DNA of 64,000 bases from an uncultured bacterium (GTDB lineage: Bacteria > Vulcanimicrobiota > CADAWZ01). This document shows positions 9,424 to 19,796 of the stretch, piece after piece; positions within the stretch are counted from its first letter, which is position 1; each line of letters starts with the position of its first letter. Position numbers and translations under genes: made by a program. The stretch spans positions 148,622 through 212,621 of the forward strand of contig CADASF010000005.1 in NCBI GenBank assembly GCA_902790465.1, written 5' to 3'. The notes under the pieces were generated by a model that had not been told where the DNA came from, did no database searches, and saw only the letters and a program-made list of their open reading frames with translations.

Positions 9424-10689
9424 TTACTTATTAGAAAAAATTGCCTCTTTTGTCAATGTTGTCAAAAATTCTTTATTTGTCTTGGTTTTCTTTATCTGCT
9501 CTATCAACATCTCTGACATTTCATCACCAAAAACCTCTAATGCTCTTCTAAGAAGCCATGATTTTTTTAATTCAGATTCACTCAAAAGCAATTCTTCATG
9601 CCTTGTTCCAGATTTCTTTATGTCTATTGCAGGAAATATTCTTCTTTCAGAAAGTTTTCTTGAAAGATCAAGTTCCATATTTCCTGTTGCTTTGAATTCT
9701 TCAAAAATAACATCATCCATTTTAGAACCTGTTTCAACAAGTGCAGTTGCTATTATTGTCAAACTTCCACCAAATTCAAGATTTCTTGCAGACCCCAAAA
9801 ATCTTTTGGGCATTTTTAAGGCAGAAGTGTCAAGTCCTCCAGAAAGAGTTCTTCCTGTAGGTGGTGTAACTTGGTTGTAAGCTCTTGCAAGTCTTGTTAT
9901 ACTATCGAGCATAATTACGACATCTTTTCCAGATTCAACTAGTCTTTTTGCTTTTTCAATTACGAGTTCTGAAACATGTACATGCTGTTCTGGCGGTTCA
10001 TCAAAAGTAGAACTTATCACTTCTCCTTCAATAGAACGCTCCATATCTGTAACTTCTTCAGGTCTTTCATCTATTAAAAGAGCTATCAAAACTATATCAG
10101 GATAATTGGTTGTTATTCCATTTGCAATTTGTTTTAATAATGTTGTTTTACCTGCTTTTGGAGGAGCTACTATTAATCCCCTTTGTCCTTTGCCTATTGG
10201 GGCTAATATATCAATTATTCGAGTTGCTATATTTTCACTATTTGTTTCAAGTGTCAGTTTTTCATTTGGAAATATTGGAGTCAATTCATTAAAGTTGGGA
10301 CGTTTTTTAATGTCTTCAGGATTTAAAGAATTAACTCCTTGAATTTTTAGGAGTCCATAATATTTTTCACCTGCTTTTGGAGGTCTAACTTGACCTGATA
10401 CGATATCTCCCATTCTTAGATCAAATCTTCTTATTTGCGATTGAGAGACATAAATATCGTTAATACCAGGAAGATATGTTTTACCTCTTAAAAAGCCATA
10501 TCCATCTGGTAGAATTTCAAGGATTCCTGTTGAAAAAATAAGTCCCTGTTTTTGTGCTTTTTCTTCAAGAATTTCATATATCAATTCTTGTTTTTTCTTC
10601 TTTTGAGCTCCTGTGATTCCTATTTCTTTACAAATGTCAAGTAATTCATTTTTAGTCATATTTTCAAGATCTGCTATACTATCTGCCAT
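9424..10689 (-). CDS. rho: Transcription termination factor Rho
   Basis: It has the N-terminal Rho_N region ([27 protein letters not shown]), the RNA-binding [14 protein letters not shown] block and a Walker [13 protein letters not shown] motif. Confidence 0.9.
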   Translation of the reverse strand: MADSIADLENMTKNELLDICKEIGITGAQKKKKQELIYEILEEKAQKQGLIFSTGILEILPDGYGFLRGKTYLPGINDIYVSQSQIRRFDLRMGDIVSGQVRPPKAGEKYYGLLKIQGVNSLNPEDIKKRPNFNELTPIFPNEKLTLETNSENIATRIIDILAPIGKGQRGLIVAPPKAGKTTLLKQIANGITTNYPDIVLIALLIDERPEEVTDMERSIEGEVISSTFDEPPEQHVHVSELVIEKAKRLVESGKDVVIMLDSITRLARAYNQVTPPTGRTLSGGLDTSALKMPKRFLGSARNLEFGGSLTIIATALVETGSKMDDVIFEEFKATGNMELDLSRKLSERRIFPAIDIKKSGTRHEELLLSESELKKSWLLRRALEVFGDEMSEMLIEQIKKTKTNKEFLTTLTKEAIFSNK

Positions 10690-10708
10690 TTAATCACCTT
10701 TTTTAGTA

Positions 10709-11287
10709 CTATTTTTTTGTGGACTTAGTCCACTTGATTTCTAATTTAGAATTTTCTTTAGCTATTTTTTCTGCATATCCAAAATTTATATTATTGGAAT
10801 ATAAGCAATAAACTTTTTTATGAATATTTGTTTTAGATATAATTTCAGAATTGATTCCTATATCATCTTTGATCTGCTCAGCAAAATCTTCTGCTTCTTG
10901 CTGAGAAACAAATTCTTTTTCTATTTTTATTTCATTTGAATTCTCAGAAGAGGAAATCATACTTATATTATAATTGTTATCTGCAAAATATTTTTTAGCA
11001 TATTTAAAATGTTTTTTTCCGATATTTGCTTTTAGATAATAAATAGGTTTTCCATAAATATCTTCCAATGTTACTTTTGTCTCTTTATTGCCTTCAAAAT
11101 ACATAGTTTGTAATTTTGTTAATTGTTTTTTGTCAGAGGAATATATTTTTATGGTTCCAAGCTCATTTTTATTTTTAGAAAAATTGGCAGTTTTTATCCA
11201 ATTAACAAAATTATATCCTACATTTAGAATTAGGCATAAAGAGAAAAAAACTATAAAAAATCGTCTTAAAAATACAGGTAAATTCAT
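10709..11287 (-). CDS. Hypothetical membrane-anchored protein
   Basis: It has an N-terminal TM/signal anchor. The C-terminal region is weakly SPOR-like and I could not confirm it. Confidence 0.45.
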   Translation of the reverse strand: MNLPVFLRRFFIVFFSLCLILNVGYNFVNWIKTANFSKNKNELGTIKIYSSDKKQLTKLQTMYFEGNKETKVTLEDIYGKPIYYLKANIGKKHFKYAKKYFADNNYNISMISSSENSNEIKIEKEFVSQQEAEDFAEQIKDDIGINSEIISKTNIHKKVYCLYSNNINFGYAEKIAKENSKLEIKWTKSTKK

Positions 11288-11306
11288 TTTTTTTATCCTT
11301 TAAATA

Positions 11307-12668
11307 TTAAATATGAGGATTTAACATTAGTATTCCAAGAAGTAAAAGAACAAAATCAATAATAAAATATACTAAATGATGATTTGAAGAATATATTTGT
11401 TTTCCGTCATTTCTTATGGCCATGACTTCTATATATGTCTTATCACTTTTTTTAAGCCAACCTGCAACAATAGCTTTGTTTTCTTCAGATTCTTTTAGTT
11501 CAACAGGAGACAACTCATAAAAATAAAGTCTGTATTCCATTTCTTGAGATTTAAAAATATATTTATCAAATCCAATTTTCTTTAATGTTCCCATTATAGC
11601 TATTTGGTGTCCAGAAATTGGGGAATATTGCAATTTTTCAATTTCTGGTTGCTTTTTTGAAAAAAGTGGTCTTTGTATAAAATGTAAAATAAAAAGTAAA
11701 ATAGCTGATAATAAAATAAATATTCCAGAGTTCATTCCTAATTTCATGATCAAAATAGAAATTAGAATTGAGATCGTAACTAAGATACAAATATAATAAG
11801 CTTTGTCGTCATTATTTTCGACTTTATTATATATCTGTTTGGTTCTTGATAAAATAGGTTCATGAGCTTTGAAAAGGATATACCAATTTTTCCATTTTGT
11901 TTTGAGACATTCTTCTATGCCCTCATTCTGTGGAACAGGATCGGCAAAACACAAAAAATCAATAGACCTTATTAAAGCACGGTCTTCAGATGTCCCTTCT
12001 TTAGGAGGAAATTCATTATATTTTTTTAGTATGTTTCTCAAATCATCTTTAGATTCAAAAGAAGTATCACATATTTTATCTGTTTCTCTTGAAACTATAT
12101 AGATTATCATATACAAAAATTTTATAAAAATATGAAATCCTCCAGCAAAAGACATGACGCTTTTGGCTGAACCATAATCACTTCCTCTACTCCCAAGTTT
12201 TTTAATCAACTTACATATATGTCTCATTAAAAATGGTATTCCGCCAACAGTAAAAAATATATTATTTAAACTTAATGAAGCTCTTTTTTTCTCCCTTTTA
12301 ACAAGTAATTCTAACTCTTTATCTGTCAATAAATCTATAAGTCCTCTTCCAACAATTAAAATATTTTTTGAAAATGGCATTGGAATATGAAAAATGACTG
12401 GTCTTTTTGTTTCCCAAATATAGCATTTATCTTTGTTATTTTCTGTAAATATTTCTAATTGTTTTGGTATCTCTTTATCATTTAATGCAGGTTTTATAAG
12501 TTTTAACAAAATATGTGGAAATACAAAATATTGCAATATCATTAAAACAAATGATATTATAAATGCAGGGTATAGAGGGTATAAAAGTAAATTTTCAATT
12601 ACAATTATTATATAAGCATAAATTAAATAGAAAATTAAAAAAACAGAAATAGATGAAATTACATACAT
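11307..12668 (-). CDS. Hypothetical polytopic membrane protein
   Basis: It has multiple hydrophobic helices at both ends and a soluble central domain. It sits on the same strand just downstream of the ABC pair. Confidence 0.5.
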   Translation of the reverse strand: MYVISSISVFLIFYLIYAYIIIVIENLLLYPLYPAFIISFVLMILQYFVFPHILLKLIKPALNDKEIPKQLEIFTENNKDKCYIWETKRPVIFHIPMPFSKNILIVGRGLIDLLTDKELELLVKREKKRASLSLNNIFFTVGGIPFLMRHICKLIKKLGSRGSDYGSAKSVMSFAGGFHIFIKFLYMIIYIVSRETDKICDTSFESKDDLRNILKKYNEFPPKEGTSEDRALIRSIDFLCFADPVPQNEGIEECLKTKWKNWYILFKAHEPILSRTKQIYNKVENNDDKAYYICILVTISILISILIMKLGMNSGIFILLSAILLFILHFIQRPLFSKKQPEIEKLQYSPISGHQIAIMGTLKKIGFDKYIFKSQEMEYRLYFYELSPVELKESEENKAIVAGWLKKSDKTYIEVMAIRNDGKQIYSSNHHLVYFIIDFVLLLLGILMLNPHI

Positions 12669-12673
12669 AATTA

Positions 12674-13363
12674 TTAAATATTGGCAGTTGAAATTCTTCC
12701 TTCATCAAGATAATAAACTTTATCAGCATAAGCGGCAACTTTTGAATCATGAGTAACCATTACAGTTGTTACTCCTTGTTGTCTATTTACTATTTTTAAC
12801 ATATCCATAACTTCTCTTGTACTTTTTGAATCTAGATTTCCAGTAGGCTCATCTGCAAGTAAAAGCCCTGGATTATTGACAAGAGCTCTAGCTGTTGACA
12901 CTCTCTGCCTTTGTCCTCCAGATAATTTTGCAGTATCAGAATTCCATTTTGCTTCCATTCCAACGAGTTCAAGCATTTTCATTGCTCTTTCTTCTTGTTT
13001 TCCTACAAATGAATTTGCAAGTTGCATAGGAAGCATGACATTTTCTAATACAGATAATGTTGGAATAAGATAATAATTTTGAAAAATGAAACCTATATGT
13101 TCCAGTCTTATTTCTTCTCTTATATTTTCAGGAATTGTACATATATCTGTATTATCAAGATATATTTCTCCAAAATTTGGTTTATCTATACAGCCTAAAA
13201 GATGTAAAAAAGTCGATTTTCCTGTTCCAGAAGGTCCCATGATTGCAATAAATTCTTTATCTGCAATATCGAGATTTACATTTTCTAAAACTCTTATTTT
13301 TCCAAATTCGCCTTCCCAATATTTATAAATTCCCTTCATTCTAATTCTCATATTATCCTTCAC
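12674..13363 (-). CDS. ABC transporter ATP-binding protein (MacB/LolD family)
   Basis: It carries Walker A GPSGTGKST, the LSGGQRQRVSTARAL signature, Walker B LLADEPTGNLD and an H-loop VMVTHD. Confidence 0.85.
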   Translation of the reverse strand: MKDNMRIRMKGIYKYWEGEFGKIRVLENVNLDIADKEFIAIMGPSGTGKSTFLHLLGCIDKPNFGEIYLDNTDICTIPENIREEIRLEHIGFIFQNYYLIPTLSVLENVMLPMQLANSFVGKQEERAMKMLELVGMEAKWNSDTAKLSGGQRQRVSTARALVNNPGLLLADEPTGNLDSKSTREVMDMLKIVNRQQGVTTVMVTHDSKVAAYADKVYYLDEGRISTANI

Positions 13364-14728
13364 CTACATATCCCATTTTAATGCTTTTATTATTTCAATT
13401 CTATATACAATTATAATCGGAATCAATGCTCCGACAATTCCAATGAAAACGGAGAGTAGCATTGCATATAATATCAACGCAGGCGTTATGTTTGCCATTG
13501 GAAATGAAATTTGAAATAGTGCTTTTACAGCGTCATCTAAAAATGCGGATCCAATGATACCAACAATGATTCCAGCTATCCCTCCTATGACAGACAAAAT
13601 CAGTGATTCAATAAGGATCATTGAGGCTATTACCGATCTATTTGCTCCTATTGCTCGCAATGCACCAAATTCTCTTATTCTTTCAAATGTTGACATCAAC
13701 ATTGTATTCATAGAAGCTGTTGTTGCAATCAAAATTCCAATTAATGCAATAGCGAACTGCATGAACCAAGCATATTTTACAATTTCGCCAGAAGCTCCTA
13801 AATATTCTTCACTTGTTTTGAATTCAAAATTTGGAAAATAATATTTTAAGAGTCTTTTAGTTTCTTTTATTTTAGACTTATTTTCTACTTGTATCCATAT
13901 TTCTTTTACTTTACCATCAGAACCATTTATTGTTAATGCAGTTTGAATAGGCATGTAACAGAAATAATCTTGAAATCCAGAATTAAAAGATACTATTGCT
14001 TCAGGTTTTAACAACAAGTCACTACTGCTTTTCATGGAAATTTTGCCATTTTTATCTATAATATCTTTTAAATTTAATTCTTCAGCTATTTTTTGACCTG
14101 ATATGAAAACTTTTTCTTCATTTGAAAGGTCGGATATTTCTTTTTTTTCTAAACAATATATGTCGTTATATTGTTTAGTTTCAACTGGAAATACACCATT
14201 TTGAACTCTCATGCCATTTAAATATAAACTAAATAGTGGAGTTCCATCATCTGCAGTTCCAAAAGGCAAACCCCAAAATACAACATTTCTTCCCCTAATC
14301 TTTTTTTGGAATCGTGTAACACCTATTGCAGATTTTATGTTTGGAACTTTTTGGTTTCCTTCTTCATCTATGTTTAGAAAATCTATTAAATTACCTCTTA
14401 CTTTTTTTATTTTATTTATATCAACTCTATTATTTACCTGTTCTAAACTTATTGGACTTTTGGGAAGTTCTTGATCTAGATTAATATCTTCATAGTCAGC
14501 TCCAAGAGCTCCTATTGAGCCTGTTGGCAGAGAAACAACTCCAGATGGAGTAACATAAATGTCAACATTTTTGCTCATTACTTCACTTGTTAATTTTTTA
14601 TTGAGTCCTTCAGCAATAGAAAGTAAAGCCACAAAACTACCAACAGCGAGTATTACACCGATTATAGTCAAAAGGCTTCTTTCTTGTTTTCTTATTATAT
14701 TTTTTTTGGCGAGAGAAAATGCAATCAC
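13364..14728 (-). CDS. ABC transporter permease, FtsX/MacB-like, with a large periplasmic domain
   Basis: It has an N-terminal TM helix, a ~250-aa extracytoplasmic domain and three C-terminal TM helices in FtsX topology. It lies immediately upstream of the ATPase with adjacent stop and start. Confidence 0.7.
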   Translation of the reverse strand: MIAFSLAKKNIIRKQERSLLTIIGVILAVGSFVALLSIAEGLNKKLTSEVMSKNVDIYVTPSGVVSLPTGSIGALGADYEDINLDQELPKSPISLEQVNNRVDINKIKKVRGNLIDFLNIDEEGNQKVPNIKSAIGVTRFQKKIRGRNVVFWGLPFGTADDGTPLFSLYLNGMRVQNGVFPVETKQYNDIYCLEKKEISDLSNEEKVFISGQKIAEELNLKDIIDKNGKISMKSSSDLLLKPEAIVSFNSGFQDYFCYMPIQTALTINGSDGKVKEIWIQVENKSKIKETKRLLKYYFPNFEFKTSEEYLGASGEIVKYAWFMQFAIALIGILIATTASMNTMLMSTFERIREFGALRAIGANRSVIASMILIESLILSVIGGIAGIIVGIIGSAFLDDAVKALFQISFPMANITPALILYAMLLSVFIGIVGALIPIIIVYRIEIIKALKWDM

Positions 14729-14830
14729 GATTATTTCCTTTTCCGAAATATTATAGTTTAAAACAAAGGGAAAACATTAATTTCAATAGAAGTTTAAAAA
14801 TAAAAAAATATTATTATTTACAAATAAATT

Positions 14831-17800
14831 ATGAATGATCAAAAATTTGATACAAATGAGTCTAATGCCTCCTTATCTCCAGAAAAAGAGAAAAAAAATT
14901 TTTTTTCAAGGGTTGGAGATACAGTTTCGCTTTTCTTTACAAAAGATACAAATAAAGCGATTGAAACTATAATTGATCCTGAAGCTCCGCTCTTTCAGAG
15001 AACTGCAGCAATAAAAAGTGCTGTTGTAAAAAGAAATTTGGATGCTCGAATTCCACTTATAGAAGTTGTAAAAGGCGAATACGGAGCAAATGAAGAGCTT
15101 CGCATACAAGCTGCCAAAGCACTATCTGATATTGGAGATGTATATGCCACAGACATAAAATCTTCATATTTGATAGATTTGCTTGAAATTTATCTAACAA
15201 CTATAGATAATAAATTGAGCAAAGAAATTGGCATAATTTTTCTAAAAGCAGAAGGACTTCCATATATAAAATTTATTGGAAAGACTCTTATAACAAGATT
15301 CCAAATTGATGATGATGTAAGCTCTGATGCTTGGCAGATTTTTGCGAGAGCATTAGCTTTCTCGTATGAATTTGCATTAAATGAAAATATAGAAAAAATA
15401 AGAGCTGAATTAAACAGTTTACCACAAAATATAAATAAACAAGTTCAAGTAATTGAACATGGTGCTTATTTTGTTAGAAGAATTATTAATATTCTTGATG
15501 ATTCTAGAAAAACCCTTTGTGATTATATGGCTAAAGATCCAAATGGTCAAAAATTATCAGAATTATTGATGTATCCTTCTCTTACATCTACATATCATGA
15601 AAATTCGGCAGAATTGGTTAAACATATAACTTCCATATTTGATTTTGTTCTCCATGACAAAAAAGAACTTAGAGATTTGGCAATATCTGAACTCAGAACA
15701 ATAGAGACTCCAATAGTATATGATTCTTGTAAAACACTTATCATGGACCCAGCCCCACGTTATCCTGATATATGTGAGGGATTGACTGGAGTTATAACAG
15801 AAGCGATATCGAGAGGCGATATTCTTGCAAGAAATATATTTATTTCTATGGCAAATAATCCTCCTGTTTATTGTGAAGCTTTCTTTTATTCTGAAGTAGT
15901 TAGGTTATCCAAATTAGATGAAGAATTTCATGCCAAGATGATTTCTGTTACAAAAGGATTTATAAAGCGTTCAGAAGCAAGTGATAAAGTTATAATATCA
16001 ATGCTAAGATCCGTTTTTTCTTTTAATTTGACAGAAGAAAATCTTGAATTTTTGATTTATCTTGTAACAGGAAAAGTAAAAGTTTCTATAGATGTTGCTG
16101 TTGAAACAGTTTCTCTTTTGGTACACTTAAATAAAGAAGATTTTCCATTCTACGACAAAATTTCAAAAATTTTAAAACTTTCATTGCAAAATAAAGTCCC
16201 AGATGAAATTAAATCGAGAATTATTTCAGAATCAAAAAATAATATAACAGATACAAGTTTGTCATGCCTTGAAATTGCTGCTTTTTTAGACACTCCAACA
16301 GTATCAGCAGAAGCAATAAGAGCAGTTTTTGATGTAGCAAGAAGTGGAGACATGAAATCTGATAGATTTATTGCTTTTCTGTGTAAAATGTTGAGTGATG
16401 AGAAAGTTCTTAGAGATAATATATCTCTATCTCTTGCATTTTTGAAAAATTACAAATATAGAAATTCTGCTTTGAGAGATGAAATAGCAAAATTATTGTC
16501 ATCAAATGATCAAAATTTCAGATTTGATGCTTTGATTTTGTCTTCAAAATGGCTAAAAAATTCTGAAGATGAGGATGAATTTATTCAACAACTAAAAATG
16601 TTTGTTGGCATAATACAAAATCCAGAATGGAAACACAATGATATATATCAAAAAGTATTAGATTTATTTGAGTCATTTATTTTATCTGAAGAAGAAAAAT
16701 ACAAAAAAATACAAAATTTCTTACTAAACTCAATAAGAAGTGCTTTAGGTGCTAAAATACAAGATAATTATAAAATTGCTATTTGTAGAATGTTTGAAAG
16801 CATTCTGAAAAAGGGAAATGATGATATATCTCAAAAAGCAATGATTCTGCTTGAAGATGTTATTTCTTCTAAGGATATTTCTACCGCTGTTAAATTACAT
16901 GCAATAGAATATTTTGCTGTTGATAGAGGAGAAATTGTACATATTTTACCTCAAGTTGTAACTGCTCTTAAAGATGAGAATTATGACAATAAAAGTGGAA
17001 TTTTGCTAATTTTAGTAAAAGCACTTGACAAAGTTAAAAAATATACAATTAAAGAAAAAATTAATGCACTAAAACAGGGGCAACCTGTTGAAATATGTGA
17101 GCATGTCAAATTTGAGATACTCATGGGAATGGAGATATGCCCAATATTAAATGATCTTTTAAAACTCAATTTCATGAATAGGGAATTAGTTCAAAGTGCA
17201 TTGACTCTTGCAAAATATATGGATTATGCAAGAACATTTGTAAAGTTTATTTTTGAATTTACTAATTATCCTGAAGATGAGATAATAAGAGCAAGGGCTA
17301 TAGAAACTGTTGGTGCTTTGATATATCCTCCATATACGCAAGATGAGGGTGAAATATTATTGAGCATAATGAAGACTGCAAAAGATAATAAACAACCTCA
17401 ACATATGAGAAGAGCTGCTATTTTAGCACTTGAAAAAATAGCGGATCCTGCTTTTGAAGATGTATTGAGTGAAATAGCTCTCGATAGTAAAACAAAAGAA
17501 GATTTGAGAATTTTGACAATAAATGCATTGTCTTCATTGTGTGATGAACATGTAAATGGTACATACAAAACGATATTAAAAGACCCAAATGCTTCTTGGT
17601 TAATAAAAGAATCAATAGTGAAAGTTCTAAATGATTCAATAACTTTTGATATGATTGATACCATGATTGATTTAATGACAAATGCTCCAGGAACAGTTTT
17701 TAAAAATCAAATAGCAGATGCAATGAAGGCAAGTGGATTTGAGAATGTGGTAAGAATAAAAGAATTAGATACAGCCTGTGCAAATGATATGAATAAATTA

Positions 17801-18442
17801 AATATCATGAAAATGAGTGCTGAAAGGGCAGTTGAAGAAAAACGAACTGCTGTTTTAGCTTTTGCAGCTCTTAAAGAAAAAATGAAAGAAGCAAAAGAAA
17901 AATTAGATAGCATGAAAAATGAAGTAAACATGCTTCAGGAGAAAATTCAAGAAACAGAATATAAATGGCAAACAGAAAATGCTTCAACTACTGCAAAAAT
18001 GCAACAGTTATCTGCTTCTGGAAATAAGCAAGAATATATAGCATTAAAGCAATCACTTTTGGAAAAGAAAGATGAGTATGATGATTTGGTAGATTCATCT
18101 AAATTGAGAATGAAAAGACTTGAAGAAGCTATTTCCAAGAGAAGTGAAGAATTTGAGGAATTGCAAAAAAGATATGAAGCATCTGAAAAAGAAATAGAAA
18201 GATTTGATAGACAGATAAGTAAGCCGACTTCTGAGGGAGATGAGATAAGAAAAAGAGTTGAAGAGGCAAATATGGAGAAGAAAACGCTTTATGAGGCTGT
18301 CATGAAAAATAGACCAGTAATAGAAAAAGAACTCAATAGAAGAATGGAAGAAAAAAGAAATAGAAAAGCAGAGGCTGAAGAAGAACGAGACCTTTATAAT
18401 AAATTTATATTTAGGAATATAGAAAAAAATTTAAATACCTAA
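14831..18442 (+). CDS. Large (1203 aa) HEAT-like repeat protein with a C-terminal ~250-aa coiled coil; function unknown
   Basis: It contains PBS-lyase/HEAT-type repeats (LRIQAAKALSDIGD; RRAAILALEKIADP). The C-terminus is a heptad-rich Lys/Glu coiled coil. It has no signal peptide. Confidence 0.6.
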   Translation: MNDQKFDTNESNASLSPEKEKKNFFSRVGDTVSLFFTKDTNKAIETIIDPEAPLFQRTAAIKSAVVKRNLDARIPLIEVVKGEYGANEELRIQAAKALSDIGDVYATDIKSSYLIDLLEIYLTTIDNKLSKEIGIIFLKAEGLPYIKFIGKTLITRFQIDDDVSSDAWQIFARALAFSYEFALNENIEKIRAELNSLPQNINKQVQVIEHGAYFVRRIINILDDSRKTLCDYMAKDPNGQKLSELLMYPSLTSTYHENSAELVKHITSIFDFVLHDKKELRDLAISELRTIETPIVYDSCKTLIMDPAPRYPDICEGLTGVITEAISRGDILARNIFISMANNPPVYCEAFFYSEVVRLSKLDEEFHAKMISVTKGFIKRSEASDKVIISMLRSVFSFNLTEENLEFLIYLVTGKVKVSIDVAVETVSLLVHLNKEDFPFYDKISKILKLSLQNKVPDEIKSRIISESKNNITDTSLSCLEIAAFLDTPTVSAEAIRAVFDVARSGDMKSDRFIAFLCKMLSDEKVLRDNISLSLAFLKNYKYRNSALRDEIAKLLSSNDQNFRFDALILSSKWLKNSEDEDEFIQQLKMFVGIIQNPEWKHNDIYQKVLDLFESFILSEEEKYKKIQNFLLNSIRSALGAKIQDNYKIAICRMFESILKKGNDDISQKAMILLEDVISSKDISTAVKLHAIEYFAVDRGEIVHILPQVVTALKDENYDNKSGILLILVKALDKVKKYTIKEKINALKQGQPVEICEHVKFEILMGMEICPILNDLLKLNFMNRELVQSALTLAKYMDYARTFVKFIFEFTNYPEDEIIRARAIETVGALIYPPYTQDEGEILLSIMKTAKDNKQPQHMRRAAILALEKIADPAFEDVLSEIALDSKTKEDLRILTINALSSLCDEHVNGTYKTILKDPNASWLIKESIVKVLNDSITFDMIDTMIDLMTNAPGTVFKNQIADAMKASGFENVVRIKELDTACANDMNKLNIMKMSAERAVEEKRTAVLAFAALKEKMKEAKEKLDSMKNEVNMLQEKIQETEYKWQTENASTTAKMQQLSASGNKQEYIALKQSLLEKKDEYDDLVDSSKLRMKRLEEAISKRSEEFEELQKRYEASEKEIERFDRQISKPTSEGDEIRKRVEEANMEKKTLYEAVMKNRPVIEKELNRRMEEKRNRKAEAEEERDLYNKFIFRNIEKNLNT

Positions 18443-18458
18443 GAAAGGGGATAAAAAA

Positions 18459-19706
18459 ATGAAAAAAATATTGGTTTTGTTAGCAACAATAGCTCTTACG
18501 ATTCCTGTTTTAGTTGGTTGCGGTGGAGGTGGAGGAGGAAGCCACTATGATGGCGGTTCCTCTTATGCAATGTATGCTTTTTTACAACAACAGCAACAAC
18601 AAAATAACAATAATAATAACAATAACAATAACAATAATAATAATAACAACAATAATAATAATCAGGCTGATTCAAGTGATTCTTCGACTCCTGAGGTTAT
18701 GACAAAAAATTCTATAATAGTATCGTCTGGAGTTTATTCTGAATCTATATTTTCTGTTGTAGGCTCTGGTTTTGGATATACACAACAGTTAGGTGATGTT
18801 ACACTTACTGTAGAATCTGGAGAGGTTCCTGATTCCCTTACATATAGTATTCAAAAATGGAATAATGATTCGATTAATATAAAGTTAGATGGGCTTTCTC
18901 AAGAATTTACATCTACTCTTAGTATGAAAATTAAAACAAATGCTGGCACAGAAATTGCAGGTCCAAATATTGAAATAAAACCAATGGCAATAGATAACAA
19001 TATTGGAAATAAGGCTTATGGTATTTTTGTAGGCTCTCCTAGAACATCTATTGGTCAATATTGTGTAAAAGATGCTGAAGATGTAAAGAAGGCACTTGTT
19101 GGAAATTCATGTTTTAATTGGCAACAATCTGAATTGTTGACAACTGAAAGTGATGCTTCTCATGCTATGGTAACAAGTTTATTAGAAATCATGGCAAGTA
19201 AAATGGATGATTCTTCAACATTTATATTTTATTATTCTGGTCATGGTGCCTCTAATTATCTTCAGGTAACAGATGGATTAACTGCTTCTGAATTGGAAAC
19301 TTATTTACAGAAAATGCCAGAAAAATCTCATAAAATACTTTTGATAGATGCTTGTTCAAGTGGAAGTTTTCTTCCTAAGAATTTAAAGAAATCGAGTAAG
19401 ACTTTTAAATCTCTTTCAAGTAGTATCAAAAATTTAGCTGTGATTTCGGCAAGTGGTCCAGAAAATAACTCACAAGTTTCGATGAAATTGAATCAAAGTG
19501 AAATGACTTATGCTTTGTTAGATGCATTAGGAAGAACTAAAGATAATGTAGAAATAGATTATCTTGGTTCAGCTTTGACATTGTCTGAATTATATAATTA
19601 TATGGCTGTTCAAGATGTTTATACAAGTTTGGATGATGAATATGGAACACAGGATATATTTCCTACATTTAGAAAAACTGGAAATGATTTTTATATAAAG
19701 AGATAA
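18459..19706 (+). CDS. Lipoprotein with poly-Gln/Asn linker and C-terminal clan CD (caspase/legumain-like) cysteine peptidase domain
   Basis: It has a lipobox (LVGCGGGGG) followed by a Q6N29 run. The His in YYSGHGA and the Cys in LLIDACSSGSF are spaced ~45 aa apart, as in the caspase-type HC dyad. AAGGGGA RBS. Confidence 0.6.
   Translation: MKKILVLLATIALTIPVLVGCGGGGGGSHYDGGSSYAMYAFLQQQQQQNNNNNNNNNNNNNNNNNNNNQADSSDSSTPEVMTKNSIIVSSGVYSESIFSVVGSGFGYTQQLGDVTLTVESGEVPDSLTYSIQKWNNDSINIKLDGLSQEFTSTLSMKIKTNAGTEIAGPNIEIKPMAIDNNIGNKAYGIFVGSPRTSIGQYCVKDAEDVKKALVGNSCFNWQQSELLTTESDASHAMVTSLLEIMASKMDDSSTFIFYYSGHGASNYLQVTDGLTASELETYLQKMPEKSHKILLIDACSSGSFLPKNLKKSSKTFKSLSSSIKNLAVISASGPENNSQVSMKLNQSEMTYALLDALGRTKDNVEIDYLGSALTLSELYNYMAVQDVYTSLDDEYGTQDIFPTFRKTGNDFYIKR
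18584..18662 (+). repeat. Coding trinucleotide SSR (CAA/CAG then AAT/AAC) encoding Q6N29 in the lipoprotein linker
   Basis: Direct reading of 18581-18663. Confidence 0.9.
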
Positions 19707-19796
19707 TTATTTTGGTGTGAAAAAGTGATGTGGATTTTCTGCATCACTTTTTTATTTATAGATGTTAAAATAAATGACAGGACAGGGGTTATAAAA

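Noticed and set aside
18514-18702. ORF and apparent repeat array within the poly-AAT/AAC run, which could be mistaken for a CRISPR-like or satellite repeat
   Set aside because: It is in frame within the 18459 lipoprotein gene and encodes a poly-Gln/Asn linker. It has no spacer-repeat architecture, and the alternative-frame ORF is an artefact of the repeat.
19725-19796. 24-codon N-terminal extension of the MurU-like gene
   Set aside because: There is no RBS and the sequence is hydrophobic and non-conserved. The nucleotidyltransferase G-loop starts exactly at the internal Met.
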